64,000 bases of DNA, taken from NCBI GenBank assembly GCA_963751155.1, contig CAVVTL010000021.1, positions 94,713-158,712 of the forward strand, read 5' to 3'. This document shows, in pieces, positions 12,567-21,067 of the stretch. Both the position numbers and the translations under genes were made by a program. The notes beneath the pieces are model-generated. The model did not search any database. It was not told the DNA's origin and saw only the letters and a program-made list of their open reading frames with translations. This DNA is from an uncultured Acidobacteriaceae bacterium. GTDB lineage: Bacteria > Acidobacteriota > Terriglobia > Terriglobales > Acidobacteriaceae. Position 1 is the first letter of the stretch. Each line of letters starts with the position of its first letter.

Positions 12567-13403
12567 ATGCACAATCTGCAAGAATGACATCGAGCGGTAC
12601 TACGCTGCGGGAGCCGCGGCGGCGACTAGACCCTGCGGCACGAGCCACGTTTGAGACGTTTCGCGATGCCTGACCGCGGGAACGGTGCGGGCGGCGGAGA
12701 AAACCATCAGCGGCTGGCAGACCAATGCCTGGGTCAAGAAGGGCATACTGCTGGGCTTTCGCATTGGTGCACTGGTGGAGAGCGGCGCAGCCAGCGGGCT
12801 GAGCTTCGTGGACAAGGACACGTATCCGGCACGACGTTTTCCGCCGAGGAGCGGGTGCGGGTGGTGCCGGGCGGGTCGTCGGTGCGAATGGGCGCATATG
12901 TGGCCGCGTCGGTCGTCTGCATGCCACCGATGTACATCAACGTCGGAGCGTACGTGGACGAGGGCTCCATGGTCGACTCGCACGCGCTGGTGGGTTCGTG
13001 CGCGCAGGTTGGCAAGCGGGTTCACATCAGTGCGGCGGCGCAGATTGGCGGCGTGCTCGAGCCGATTAACGCATCGCCGGTCATCATCGAGGACGACGTG
13101 CTGGTAGGCGGAAACTGCGGCGTTTACGAGGGCACGCAGGTCGGAGCGCGAGCCGTGCTGGGAGCCGGTGTGATTCTGACGCGCTCCACGCCGCTGTTTG
13201 ATTTGCCGAATGGAACGATTCATCGCTCAAGCGAGACCGAGTCGTTGCGCGTACCCGACGGCGCGGTGGTCGTGCCGGGTTCGCGCGCCATCACCAAGGG
13301 CAAGGCGGGCGAATGGGGACTTTCGCTGTACACGCCGGTGATCGTAAAGTATCGCGACGAGCGCACCGACCGGGGCGTTGAACTCGAGGACATCCTGCGC
13401 TAA
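12567..13403 (+). pseudogene. dapD: 2,3,4,5-tetrahydropyridine-2,6-dicarboxylate N-succinyltransferase with about four frameshifts in the first 280 nt
   Basis: DapD-like pieces occur in alternating frames: MHNLQE, then [15 protein letters not shown], then [14 protein letters not shown], then [31 protein letters not shown]...[10 protein letters not shown], then [21 protein letters not shown] through to the end (hexapeptide-repeat region intact). Confidence 0.85.
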
Positions 13404-13410
13404 TGCAACC

Positions 13411-14802
13411 ATGACAGCCTCCGCCAACTCACAACGCGAGCGGGTGTTCCTGGTCATCGCTGCGGTGGCGGCGGGTGCGACGGGATTGATCTGGCTGCAG
13501 TCGGGTCCGCCTTCGTTGCTGTTGCTGATGCGGTGGCTCGTTCTGGCCACTCTGGTCGCCTATGCCTGCTTCCGGCGGACGTTGACGGCGTGGATTTTTG
13601 TCGCCATGTTGCTGGGCGCGGAGATTGGCCATGACCTGCCCTCCGTGGCGCTCCACTTGCGCGTGTTGGCGATGATTTTCCTGCGACTGATCAAGACGAT
13701 CATCGCGCCGCTCCTGTTCGCAACGCTGGTGGTGGGCATCGCTGGACACTCAAACCTGCGGCAGGTTGGAAGGCTCGGACTGCGGTCGATCATTTACTTC
13801 GAACTTGTCACCACGGTCGCGATATTTCTTGGCCTCGGCGCCATCAACCTCTCGAAGGCGGGCGTTGGAGTGCAACTGCCGGCTGCACCGGCCGCCGACA
13901 GCGTGCCCACCGGCAAGCTGAGCGTGGAAGAAACCATCCTGCACATCTTTCCCGAGAACATCGCTAAGTCCGTGGCCGACAATGCGGTGCTGCAAGTGGT
14001 GGTGTTCAGTTTGATATTTGCGGTCGCGCTGGCCATGGTGGGAGAGCAGAAGCGCGCCGTCATGCTGGGTTTTTGCGAGAGCCTGGCGGAAACGATGTTC
14101 AAGTTTACGAACATCGTGATGTACATGGCGCCGATCGGAGTCGGGGCTGCCGTGGCGTACACCGTGGCCCATACCGGGTTTGGCATCATCGTCAGCCTGC
14201 TGAAACTGGTGCTCACGCTCTACGCGGCGCTGCTGGTGTTCATCTTCGGAGTGTTGCTGCCCATTGCACTGGCCTTCCGCGTACCGCTCAGGCAGTTCGT
14301 CAAGGCGGCGATCGAACCGGTCAGCATAGCGTTTGCCACATCGAGTTCTGAAGCGGCGCTGCCGCGCGCGATGGAGGCCATGGAAGGCCTGGGAGTGCCG
14401 CGCCAAATCGTGGCATTCGTAATTCCGACCGGGTACAGCTTTAACCTCGACGGGAGTTCTTTGTATCTTTCGGTTGCCGCAATCTTTGTCGCGCAAGTCG
14501 CCGGAATCCACTTGAGTTTGGGACAGCAACTTGTCCTGATGTTCACCCTCATGCTGACCAGCAAGGGAGTGGCTGGTGTCTCGCGCGCGGCGCTCGTCAT
14601 ACTTTTGGCCACCGCTGGTTCGGCGGGGTTGCCGACGGAGCCAGTGTTTCTGCTACTGGGCGTGGACCAATTGCTCGACATGGGGCGCACCGCGGTCAAC
14701 GTGCTGGGAAATTGCCTGGCCACCGTGGTAATTGCGCGCTGGGAGGGCGAGTTCGACGACGATCATGTAGCTGACGACGGGCTCGCGGCGCTTCCGCAAT
14801 GA
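13411..14802 (+). CDS. Dicarboxylate/amino acid:cation symporter (DAACS, GltP/DctA-like)
   Basis: Multi-TM protein with family-typical segments such as LIKTIIAPLLFATLVVGIAG. ATG 13411 is preferred over track start 13378, which overlaps dapD. Confidence 0.85.
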   Translation: MTASANSQRERVFLVIAAVAAGATGLIWLQSGPPSLLLLMRWLVLATLVAYACFRRTLTAWIFVAMLLGAEIGHDLPSVALHLRVLAMIFLRLIKTIIAPLLFATLVVGIAGHSNLRQVGRLGLRSIIYFELVTTVAIFLGLGAINLSKAGVGVQLPAAPAADSVPTGKLSVEETILHIFPENIAKSVADNAVLQVVVFSLIFAVALAMVGEQKRAVMLGFCESLAETMFKFTNIVMYMAPIGVGAAVAYTVAHTGFGIIVSLLKLVLTLYAALLVFIFGVLLPIALAFRVPLRQFVKAAIEPVSIAFATSSSEAALPRAMEAMEGLGVPRQIVAFVIPTGYSFNLDGSSLYLSVAAIFVAQVAGIHLSLGQQLVLMFTLMLTSKGVAGVSRAALVILLATAGSAGLPTEPVFLLLGVDQLLDMGRTAVNVLGNCLATVVIARWEGEFDDDHVADDGLAALPQ

Positions 14803-14836
14803 TGCTCTCGACCTTCGCAACCGCGACGGTTGGAGA

Positions 14837-15532
14837 CTAGTTCCCCGGCAAGACGGGCCGTTCAGCGACGGCCAGCAACTTCTTTCGCATTTCGATATGC
14901 CGCTGACGAAAGTGACCGACCGCGCGTTGTCCCCAGACCCGCATGAAGTAATAGTTCAGCGCTCCGCCGATCACTGAGCTGACGACCGGGATTAACCTCG
15001 CCGTCCACTTCTCGACGATCTCGGCGCTGGCGCTGGCGGCGATGCGTTGAATCACCTTCGGAACAAACTTCGACACCACTTGCTTCTCGACGAGTTCGCG
15101 GCTGATGTCGACGCCGGCGGCGCTGGCGGCGGCCACCCAGAGTTCAGCCTCCTCCTGCTCGGTGTTGTAAGAGAATCCATAAATCAAGCTGAGCTTCTGG
15201 ATCATCCGGATAGTGATGGCGGCGAGAATGCCAAGATCGGGGATGACGGTGAACAGGCCTCCCATACCGAGCCCGGCGCCTTCGGCCGCTGCAATCTTCA
15301 TGCTGCCGCGAATGGTCTCTTCGGCGATATTGTCCAGGAGTCCGAGGTTGACCGAATAGACTCCGTGATAGGTCAGTGCTGGAAGGTTATACGCGATGCG
15401 CAAGTGCTGGAGATAACGCTCGGGATCGACCTTCACGGTTTCGTATGCCTTCATGAACGCGTTACGAATTACCCGCTCCAGCACGCGCCGTGGTAGTGAC
15501 TTACGCAAATTAGGGCCGACGTCAGGCATCAC
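14837..15532 (-). CDS. EcsC family protein
   Basis: 231 aa. The overall pattern (AAAEGAGLGMGGLFTVIPDLGILAAITIRMIQKLSLIYGF) resembles the EcsC family. Assigned from memory of the family, not from a search. Confidence 0.55.
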   Translation of the reverse strand: MMPDVGPNLRKSLPRRVLERVIRNAFMKAYETVKVDPERYLQHLRIAYNLPALTYHGVYSVNLGLLDNIAEETIRGSMKIAAAEGAGLGMGGLFTVIPDLGILAAITIRMIQKLSLIYGFSYNTEQEEAELWVAAASAAGVDISRELVEKQVVSKFVPKVIQRIAASASAEIVEKWTARLIPVVSSVIGGALNYYFMRVWGQRAVGHFRQRHIEMRKKLLAVAERPVLPGN

Positions 15533-15600
15533 TCAATCAGTATAGGCAATCTGCGACCTCGTTCGCGCGAAGGGACGCTGTGCTAGCATCGAATCTACTG

Positions 15601-17271
15601 ATGCCAACAGGAAAGCTACAAGTAGTTCCGCTGGGCGGCCTCGGCGAATTCGGCATGAATTGCATGGCCATTCGCTGGGGCGATGACATCGTCGTAATCG
15701 ATGCCGGCCTGATGTTTCCCGAGGCCGAGTTGCTCGGCGTGGATATCGTCGTACCCGACATCACCTATCTCACCGAGAACCGTGAGCACGTCAGGGCGAT
15801 CGTGCTGACACACGGACACGAAGACCACATCGGCGCACTGCCGTGGATCCTCTCCGAGCTCAACCTTCCGGTATACGGCACAGAATTCACCCTGGCGTAC
15901 GTAGAAGGCAAGCTCGAAGAACACGGTTTGCTCGACGACGCGGAGCTCAACGAAATCGAGCCGGGTGTTCCGTTCAAGGTTGGACCGTTCACGATCAATC
16001 CTATTCGGGTGACGCACAGTCTTGTGGATTGTGTCGCGTTGGCCATCCATACGCCGCTGGGCGTCATCATCCATACCGGCGACTTCAAGGTCGATCCGAC
16101 ACCCACTGACAACCAACTCTTCGACTTGCATGCCTTCGCCGAATACGGAAAACAGGGCGTGCTAGCGCTGTTTCAGGACTCCACCAATGTGGAACGGCGG
16201 GGCTATACGCCGAGCGAACGAGCGGTGCGGGCCAAATTCGACGAGATTTTCACCAGCACAAAGCGGCGGCTGTTCATCTCGTGCTTTTCGTCATCGATCC
16301 ACCGCATCAAGCTGGCCATGGATATGGCCTTTGAGCACGGACGCAAGGTGGCGCTGGTGGGCCGCTCGATGATGGAGTCGGCGGAAATTGCGCAGGACCT
16401 GGGTTATATCGACGCGCCCGAAGGATTGATCGTTCATCCTGCACAGGCGCGCGATCTGCCGCCGGACAAAGTCTGCTTCCTTATCAGCGGCACGCAGGGC
16501 GAACCCATGTCAGCGCTGTCGCGCGCGGCGGTCGATAACCACAAGCACGCGCGGATTCAGTCGGGCGACACGGTAGTGCTGTCGTCCCGCATCATTCCTG
16601 GAAACGAAAAGGCGATCTACCGGGTGATCGACCACCTGTTCCGGCGGAACGCGCATGTAATTTACGACGACGGCTCTTCGCCGCCGGTGCACGTCAGCGG
16701 ACACGCCAGTCAGGAGGAGCTGAAGCTCATCATCAACCTGGTAAAGCCGCGCTATTTTATTCCGATTCACGGCGAATACCGCCAGTTGAAGCTGCATGCG
16801 GAGCTTGCGGGTTCGATGCACGGCTCAGTCGGGCACGTCATGATGATCGAGAGCGGCGACATCCTGGAATTCGACGAATTGGGCGCCCGAAAGGCCGGCC
16901 GCGTGGCTGTGGGACGCATTTGCATCGATTCCAATTCGATGGGCGATGTGGTCGAGGACCTTGTCATCCGCGACCGCCGCCACCTAAGTGAAGACGGAAT
17001 TGTGCTTCCCATCATCGCCATCAACAAGCTGACCGGCAAAGTGGAAACCTCGCCGGAGATTGTGATGCGCGGATTCTCGTCCAGTGGGGCAGAAGACGGT
17101 TTTCTCGACCAGGCGCGAAGTGTGGTGATGAGTACACTGGAAGGGTCGAGCGACGAAGAGCGCGGCGATTATGGGGTCATCAAGGAGAAGATTCGCCAGG
17201 ACCTGAAGCGCTTCATCGTGAAGCATACCTCGCGCCGCCCGCTCATCATGCCGGTAATTCTCGAAATCTAG
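15601..17271 (+). CDS. rnj: Ribonuclease J
   Basis: Contains VVPLGGLGEFGMNCM and the metallo-beta-lactamase motif THGHEDHIGALP, with a beta-CASP architecture. ATG 15601 is preferred over GTG 15580. Confidence 0.9.
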   Translation: MPTGKLQVVPLGGLGEFGMNCMAIRWGDDIVVIDAGLMFPEAELLGVDIVVPDITYLTENREHVRAIVLTHGHEDHIGALPWILSELNLPVYGTEFTLAYVEGKLEEHGLLDDAELNEIEPGVPFKVGPFTINPIRVTHSLVDCVALAIHTPLGVIIHTGDFKVDPTPTDNQLFDLHAFAEYGKQGVLALFQDSTNVERRGYTPSERAVRAKFDEIFTSTKRRLFISCFSSSIHRIKLAMDMAFEHGRKVALVGRSMMESAEIAQDLGYIDAPEGLIVHPAQARDLPPDKVCFLISGTQGEPMSALSRAAVDNHKHARIQSGDTVVLSSRIIPGNEKAIYRVIDHLFRRNAHVIYDDGSSPPVHVSGHASQEELKLIINLVKPRYFIPIHGEYRQLKLHAELAGSMHGSVGHVMMIESGDILEFDELGARKAGRVAVGRICIDSNSMGDVVEDLVIRDRRHLSEDGIVLPIIAINKLTGKVETSPEIVMRGFSSSGAEDGFLDQARSVVMSTLEGSSDEERGDYGVIKEKIRQDLKRFIVKHTSRRPLIMPVILEI

Positions 17272-17272
17272 T

Positions 17273-18268
17273 ATGGTCAAGCTCGAAGCGATTCAAGATG
17301 CGCAGCGCCGACTACGTGGGATAGCGGCGCGAACCCCGCTGATTCGCTATTACACGTCTGCCGGCAACGACCGCCTCGAAGCGCCCGAGGCGGAGCTATA
17401 CCTCAAGGCCGAGAGCCTGCAGCCCATCGGTGCGTTTAAGCTGCGCGGCGCCCACATCAAAATCGCGTCGTTCACCGACGAAGAGCTGCGGCGCGGCGTC
17501 ATCACCTACTCCAGCGGAAACCATGCTCAGGGTGTGGCCTACGCCGCACGCGCGATGGGGGTGAAGTCAGTCATCGTGATGCCGCGCAGCTCTCCAAAAA
17601 TCAAAGTGGCCGCCACCGCGGCTTTGGGAGCTGAGATCGTGTTCGTTGGGCCGAGCAGTGACGAGCGCCGGGAAAAAGCGGAAGAACTATCGCGTGAGCT
17701 CGGTTACTCCATCGTGCCTCCGTACGACGACGAGTGCATCATTGCCGGCCAGGGGACCGTCGGACTCGAGATACTCGAAGATTGCCCGGACGTGGACCTG
17801 GTGTTGGTCCCGGTCGGCGGAGGTGGGCTGATCAGCGGCGTGTCAACCGCCCTCAAGCTGAGCGGGGCCGCGGCGAAAGTTGTGGGCGTCGAGCCGGAAC
17901 TCGCCAACGACGCGCAACAGAGCTTCCGCGCCGGAACCATCGTGCAACTGCCGGCAGAGCGGGTTTCCAGCACGCTGGCCGACGGCCTGCGCACCCAGTC
18001 GGTCGGCAAATTGAACTTTCAACACATCATGAAGTACGTGGACGATATTGTCACAGTGAAGGAAGATGAAATACGGGCCACGGTGCGGCGCGTAGCGAAG
18101 GAAGCACGACTCGTGGCCGAGCCTAGCGGAGCCGTGGCGTTAGCCGCCGCCCTGTATCACAGAGACGAACTTCCGGCGGCGAAGAAAATCGTGGCGGTCG
18201 TGAGCGGCGGGAACATCGATCCCCAAATGCTGGCGCAGATCATCGGTGAAGATTCGCCCGTCGGTTGA
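17273..18268 (+). CDS. PLP-dependent threonine/serine dehydratase (short form, no regulatory domain)
   Basis: PLP-lysine motif GAFKLRGA, plus SSGNHAQGVA and a glycine-rich GGGGL loop. Confidence 0.8.
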   Translation: MVKLEAIQDAQRRLRGIAARTPLIRYYTSAGNDRLEAPEAELYLKAESLQPIGAFKLRGAHIKIASFTDEELRRGVITYSSGNHAQGVAYAARAMGVKSVIVMPRSSPKIKVAATAALGAEIVFVGPSSDERREKAEELSRELGYSIVPPYDDECIIAGQGTVGLEILEDCPDVDLVLVPVGGGGLISGVSTALKLSGAAAKVVGVEPELANDAQQSFRAGTIVQLPAERVSSTLADGLRTQSVGKLNFQHIMKYVDDIVTVKEDEIRATVRRVAKEARLVAEPSGAVALAAALYHRDELPAAKKIVAVVSGGNIDPQMLAQIIGEDSPVG

Positions 18269-18281
18269 CTTGTCCAAGGGA

Positions 18282-19268
18282 ATGAGACTGACGGAAAAGA
18301 CGTTGGAGCGTAACGCGGTGTCGGTAAAACGATTGCTTGCAGTGACAGTGTTGTTGAGTGTTATGTCGGCTGCCGCCATGGCAGCGGTTGACCGCGGCGT
18401 AATCATTCGCGAGGCCGTCATCTACGTGGCGCCGGACGCATCTTCGTCCAAGCTGTCAAACGTGGGTCGCGGGCGAGAGGTGGCAGTAGTCGAACGTGCT
18501 CCCGGATGGGCCAATGTAGTTGCAACCGTGGAAAACGACCCTGAGCAGGAGACCGAGCGCAACGTTACGGGATGGGTGCACGACAAAGGTATCGTCACAT
18601 CGGCGACTCCCGATGGAGACAAGATCATCTTTGGCGAAGCCGTCGATTCCGAGGCGGAGGCGAGTAAAAGGGGCGGCCGTAAGGGCGCGGCCCAGGACGC
18701 CATGCGGCTTTATGGCCGTTTGGCAGAGTACTTCCCCACCTCAGAACTAGCGGCCGAGGCCGCCTACCGCTCGGCAGACATCCGCTGGCAGATTGATGCA
18801 ATTGACGCGGCCACCCGTCCCTCTTCGCGTTCGAGCGACCCTTCCTTGAAGTACCAGATCGACGACCAGTATATGAAGAAGGTAATCAAGAAGTATCCGG
18901 GAACGAAGTGGTCCGACCTGGCGGCCTACCGACTACTCGACAACAAGACCTGCGGCGAGTGGGCGGCGGAGGCGAAGTGCCCCGAGATGGAAGCGGGGCT
19001 GTATATCAAGTACGCCGACGACCATCCCAAATCACCCAAGACCCCGGAGGCGCTCTACAAAGCGGCGTGGCGATACTCGGCTCTGATCGTGATTTATAAG
19101 TCGAACAATGACGGCAAGCGGGCTGCGGACTCGTCGGCGCGGGCCACGGCCACCGCGAAGCGGATCATGAACCAGTTCCCCGAGAATACGGATTGGTCTA
19201 CCCGCGCAGAACGACTGCTGTACATGGTCCAGAACAACATCCCGACCTACGGCAATGCGGTTGAATAG
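18282..19268 (+). CDS. Secreted protein with an SH3-like N-domain and BamD/YbgF-like TPR repeats
   Basis: Signal-like segment LLAVTVLLSVMSAAAMAA, followed by repeated helical segments (YPGTKWSDLAAYRL, HPKSPKTPEALYKAAW, FPENTDWSTRAERLL). The domain assignment is by eye only. Confidence 0.5.
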   Translation: MRLTEKTLERNAVSVKRLLAVTVLLSVMSAAAMAAVDRGVIIREAVIYVAPDASSSKLSNVGRGREVAVVERAPGWANVVATVENDPEQETERNVTGWVHDKGIVTSATPDGDKIIFGEAVDSEAEASKRGGRKGAAQDAMRLYGRLAEYFPTSELAAEAAYRSADIRWQIDAIDAATRPSSRSSDPSLKYQIDDQYMKKVIKKYPGTKWSDLAAYRLLDNKTCGEWAAEAKCPEMEAGLYIKYADDHPKSPKTPEALYKAAWRYSALIVIYKSNNDGKRAADSSARATATAKRIMNQFPENTDWSTRAERLLYMVQNNIPTYGNAVE

Positions 19269-19292
19269 ATTGCAAACACACTGGGAGGAGAA

Positions 19293-20180
19293 TTGAACGA
19301 CTATCTGTTGTCGGTTTTGCTGGGAATAATTGAGGGTCTCACTGAGTTCCTGCCCGTCAGTTCTACCGCTCACCTTCGCATCGCCGAGTCCCTGCTTGGC
19401 GTTGACCTGGCAAATGGTTATTGGAAGATGTTCTCGATTGTCATCCAACTGGGCGCAATCTTGTGCCTGCCGCTGTACTTCAGAAGCCGGATTCTCGAGT
19501 TTGTCGGCGACTTCCCCCGGGGTTCGCGGGGCGACCGTACGGTGCTCGACCACCCCTTGACGTTGACGCTGATCGCGTTCGTGATGACTGCGGTGCCTTC
19601 GCTGCTGCTCACCAAGACCATCGGCAAGCACTTGGAGAGTCTGCACGTCATGGCGTGGGCGCTGATCATCGGCGGCATCGTCATGTGGCTGGTGGATGGA
19701 ATGTACGAGCGCTCGCAGCACCGCGCCTTCATGCGAGGCAAACTGACGGATGACATGGAGGAGATGTCGGTGGGCCAGGCCATTTGGATTGGCCTGTGCC
19801 AGGTCCTGTCGGCCGTGTTTCCCGGAACCTCCCGCTCGATGTCGACGATCACCGCCGGCGAACTGGCCGGGATGACCCGCCCGGCGGCGCTGGAATTTTC
19901 CTTCTTCCTGTCGATTCCGACCATGGTCGCGGCCACGGTCTACGACCTGTGGAAGTCGATGCGCCCGCACCACGGCGAACCTTCGGCGATTGGCGCCATG
20001 CCGAGCGACGCGCACTCGTGGGTCCTGCTGGCGATCGGGTTCGTGGTGTCTTTCATCGTGGCGTACGGCGTGGTGGCGTGGTTCATGAACTGGGTCCGCA
20101 CCCGCGGGTTCACCATCTTCGCCGTGTACCGAATCGTACTGGGTACATTCGTGCTCTGGTATGCGGGCCACTTGCACTAG
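19293..20180 (+). CDS. uppP: Undecaprenyl-diphosphate phosphatase
   Basis: N-terminus reads GIIEGLTEFLPVSSTAHL. It has a TTG start preceded by a GGGAGGAG Shine-Dalgarno sequence. Confidence 0.9.
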   Translation: MNDYLLSVLLGIIEGLTEFLPVSSTAHLRIAESLLGVDLANGYWKMFSIVIQLGAILCLPLYFRSRILEFVGDFPRGSRGDRTVLDHPLTLTLIAFVMTAVPSLLLTKTIGKHLESLHVMAWALIIGGIVMWLVDGMYERSQHRAFMRGKLTDDMEEMSVGQAIWIGLCQVLSAVFPGTSRSMSTITAGELAGMTRPAALEFSFFLSIPTMVAATVYDLWKSMRPHHGEPSAIGAMPSDAHSWVLLAIGFVVSFIVAYGVVAWFMNWVRTRGFTIFAVYRIVLGTFVLWYAGHLH

Positions 20181-21067
20181 AACCGTTTAACAATTACTGT
20201 AACCGTTGGGCACGGATGTGCTCTTGGCTCGGTGCGAGGCGTACTACGCGGGGCCAATTCCCATTTTGGCTCAGCGTGGTTACTAAAGTTTTCTGGCATC
20301 GCCGAATTTTCTTGCGGCCTCTTTCTCCAGCAATTACAACTCGATCGATGGGGCCAAGGGATTTGTGTCTCTGGTCACTCCGCGCCCAGTGCGCGCTGCA
20401 TTCATACTCTTTGACAATTCTGGGATTCGGACAGACCTCACTGTCCACTACAAGAAAATCTCCGCTAACTCCTACGGGGACAAATGGATACGTATAACTA
20501 GCTTGTTAATCAGCGACATACGAACAATTTCCTCCTAAGCCACAGATTCTAAAGAGCCATGACATATATTTATTTTGTTATTGTGTTATAGTTCACCAAC
20601 ACACCTGTCGAGCCCATCCTCCCCACAGTAGACCGATTTCATGACTGCCGCAGATGATCGGCGAATGGGTAGAGCCGTGCGTCCCAGCGCGATAGTTCTG
20701 GTAGTGGTCGGCTGCCGTTGACGACACAAACATCGCTCCTTGGCTGCGCCAATAGCTAAGCTGCTCTAGCCACAGACCCCGGCTGGGCGCGAGGGGGACA
20801 CTACTTCGCCAACGGCGAGGAGGCGTAATTTCCGTCATTGTGGCGGACATTCTTGGGATAATCAGCCTAGCTCTGGCGTACTTCGGGCAAGCTGCGGGTT
20901 TGCGTGTCTCTGACCGCTGCACGTGCAGCGTTGGTGTCTGCCTGCGCTGGGTTGGGCAGGTGGAATGGGTACTCAGAAACGACGTGAACCGGCGCGGCGC
21001 TCCAACGCCAATATGACTGTACTCGCGCGCGCATTTACGCCCAACGTCCAATCGTCGACTCAACGAG

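Noticed and set aside
19032-20177. 381-aa minus-strand ORF opposite uppP. Similar long antisense ORFs: 21950..22900 (ftsK), 34487..35119 and 36193..37053 (lhr), 48838..49917 (ATP-grasp), 51611..52858 (uxaC), 53601..54410 (larA-like), 54740..55777 (MFS), 55741..56736 (SDR)
   Set aside because: Their composition is R/H/D/G-rich with no motifs. Each is completely contained in a confidently identified gene on the opposite strand.
20411-20560. tmRNA or other known ncRNA in the uppP-ftsK spacer (ATTCTGGGATTCGGAC resembles a tmRNA 5' region and is followed by GCTAAC...)
   Set aside because: The putative tag frame gives ANSYGDKWIRITSLL..., which is not a degradation tag. There is no T-arm or CCA-proximal acceptor sequence and no GGGG 5' end. 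I also saw no RNase P, SRP or 6S signatures.
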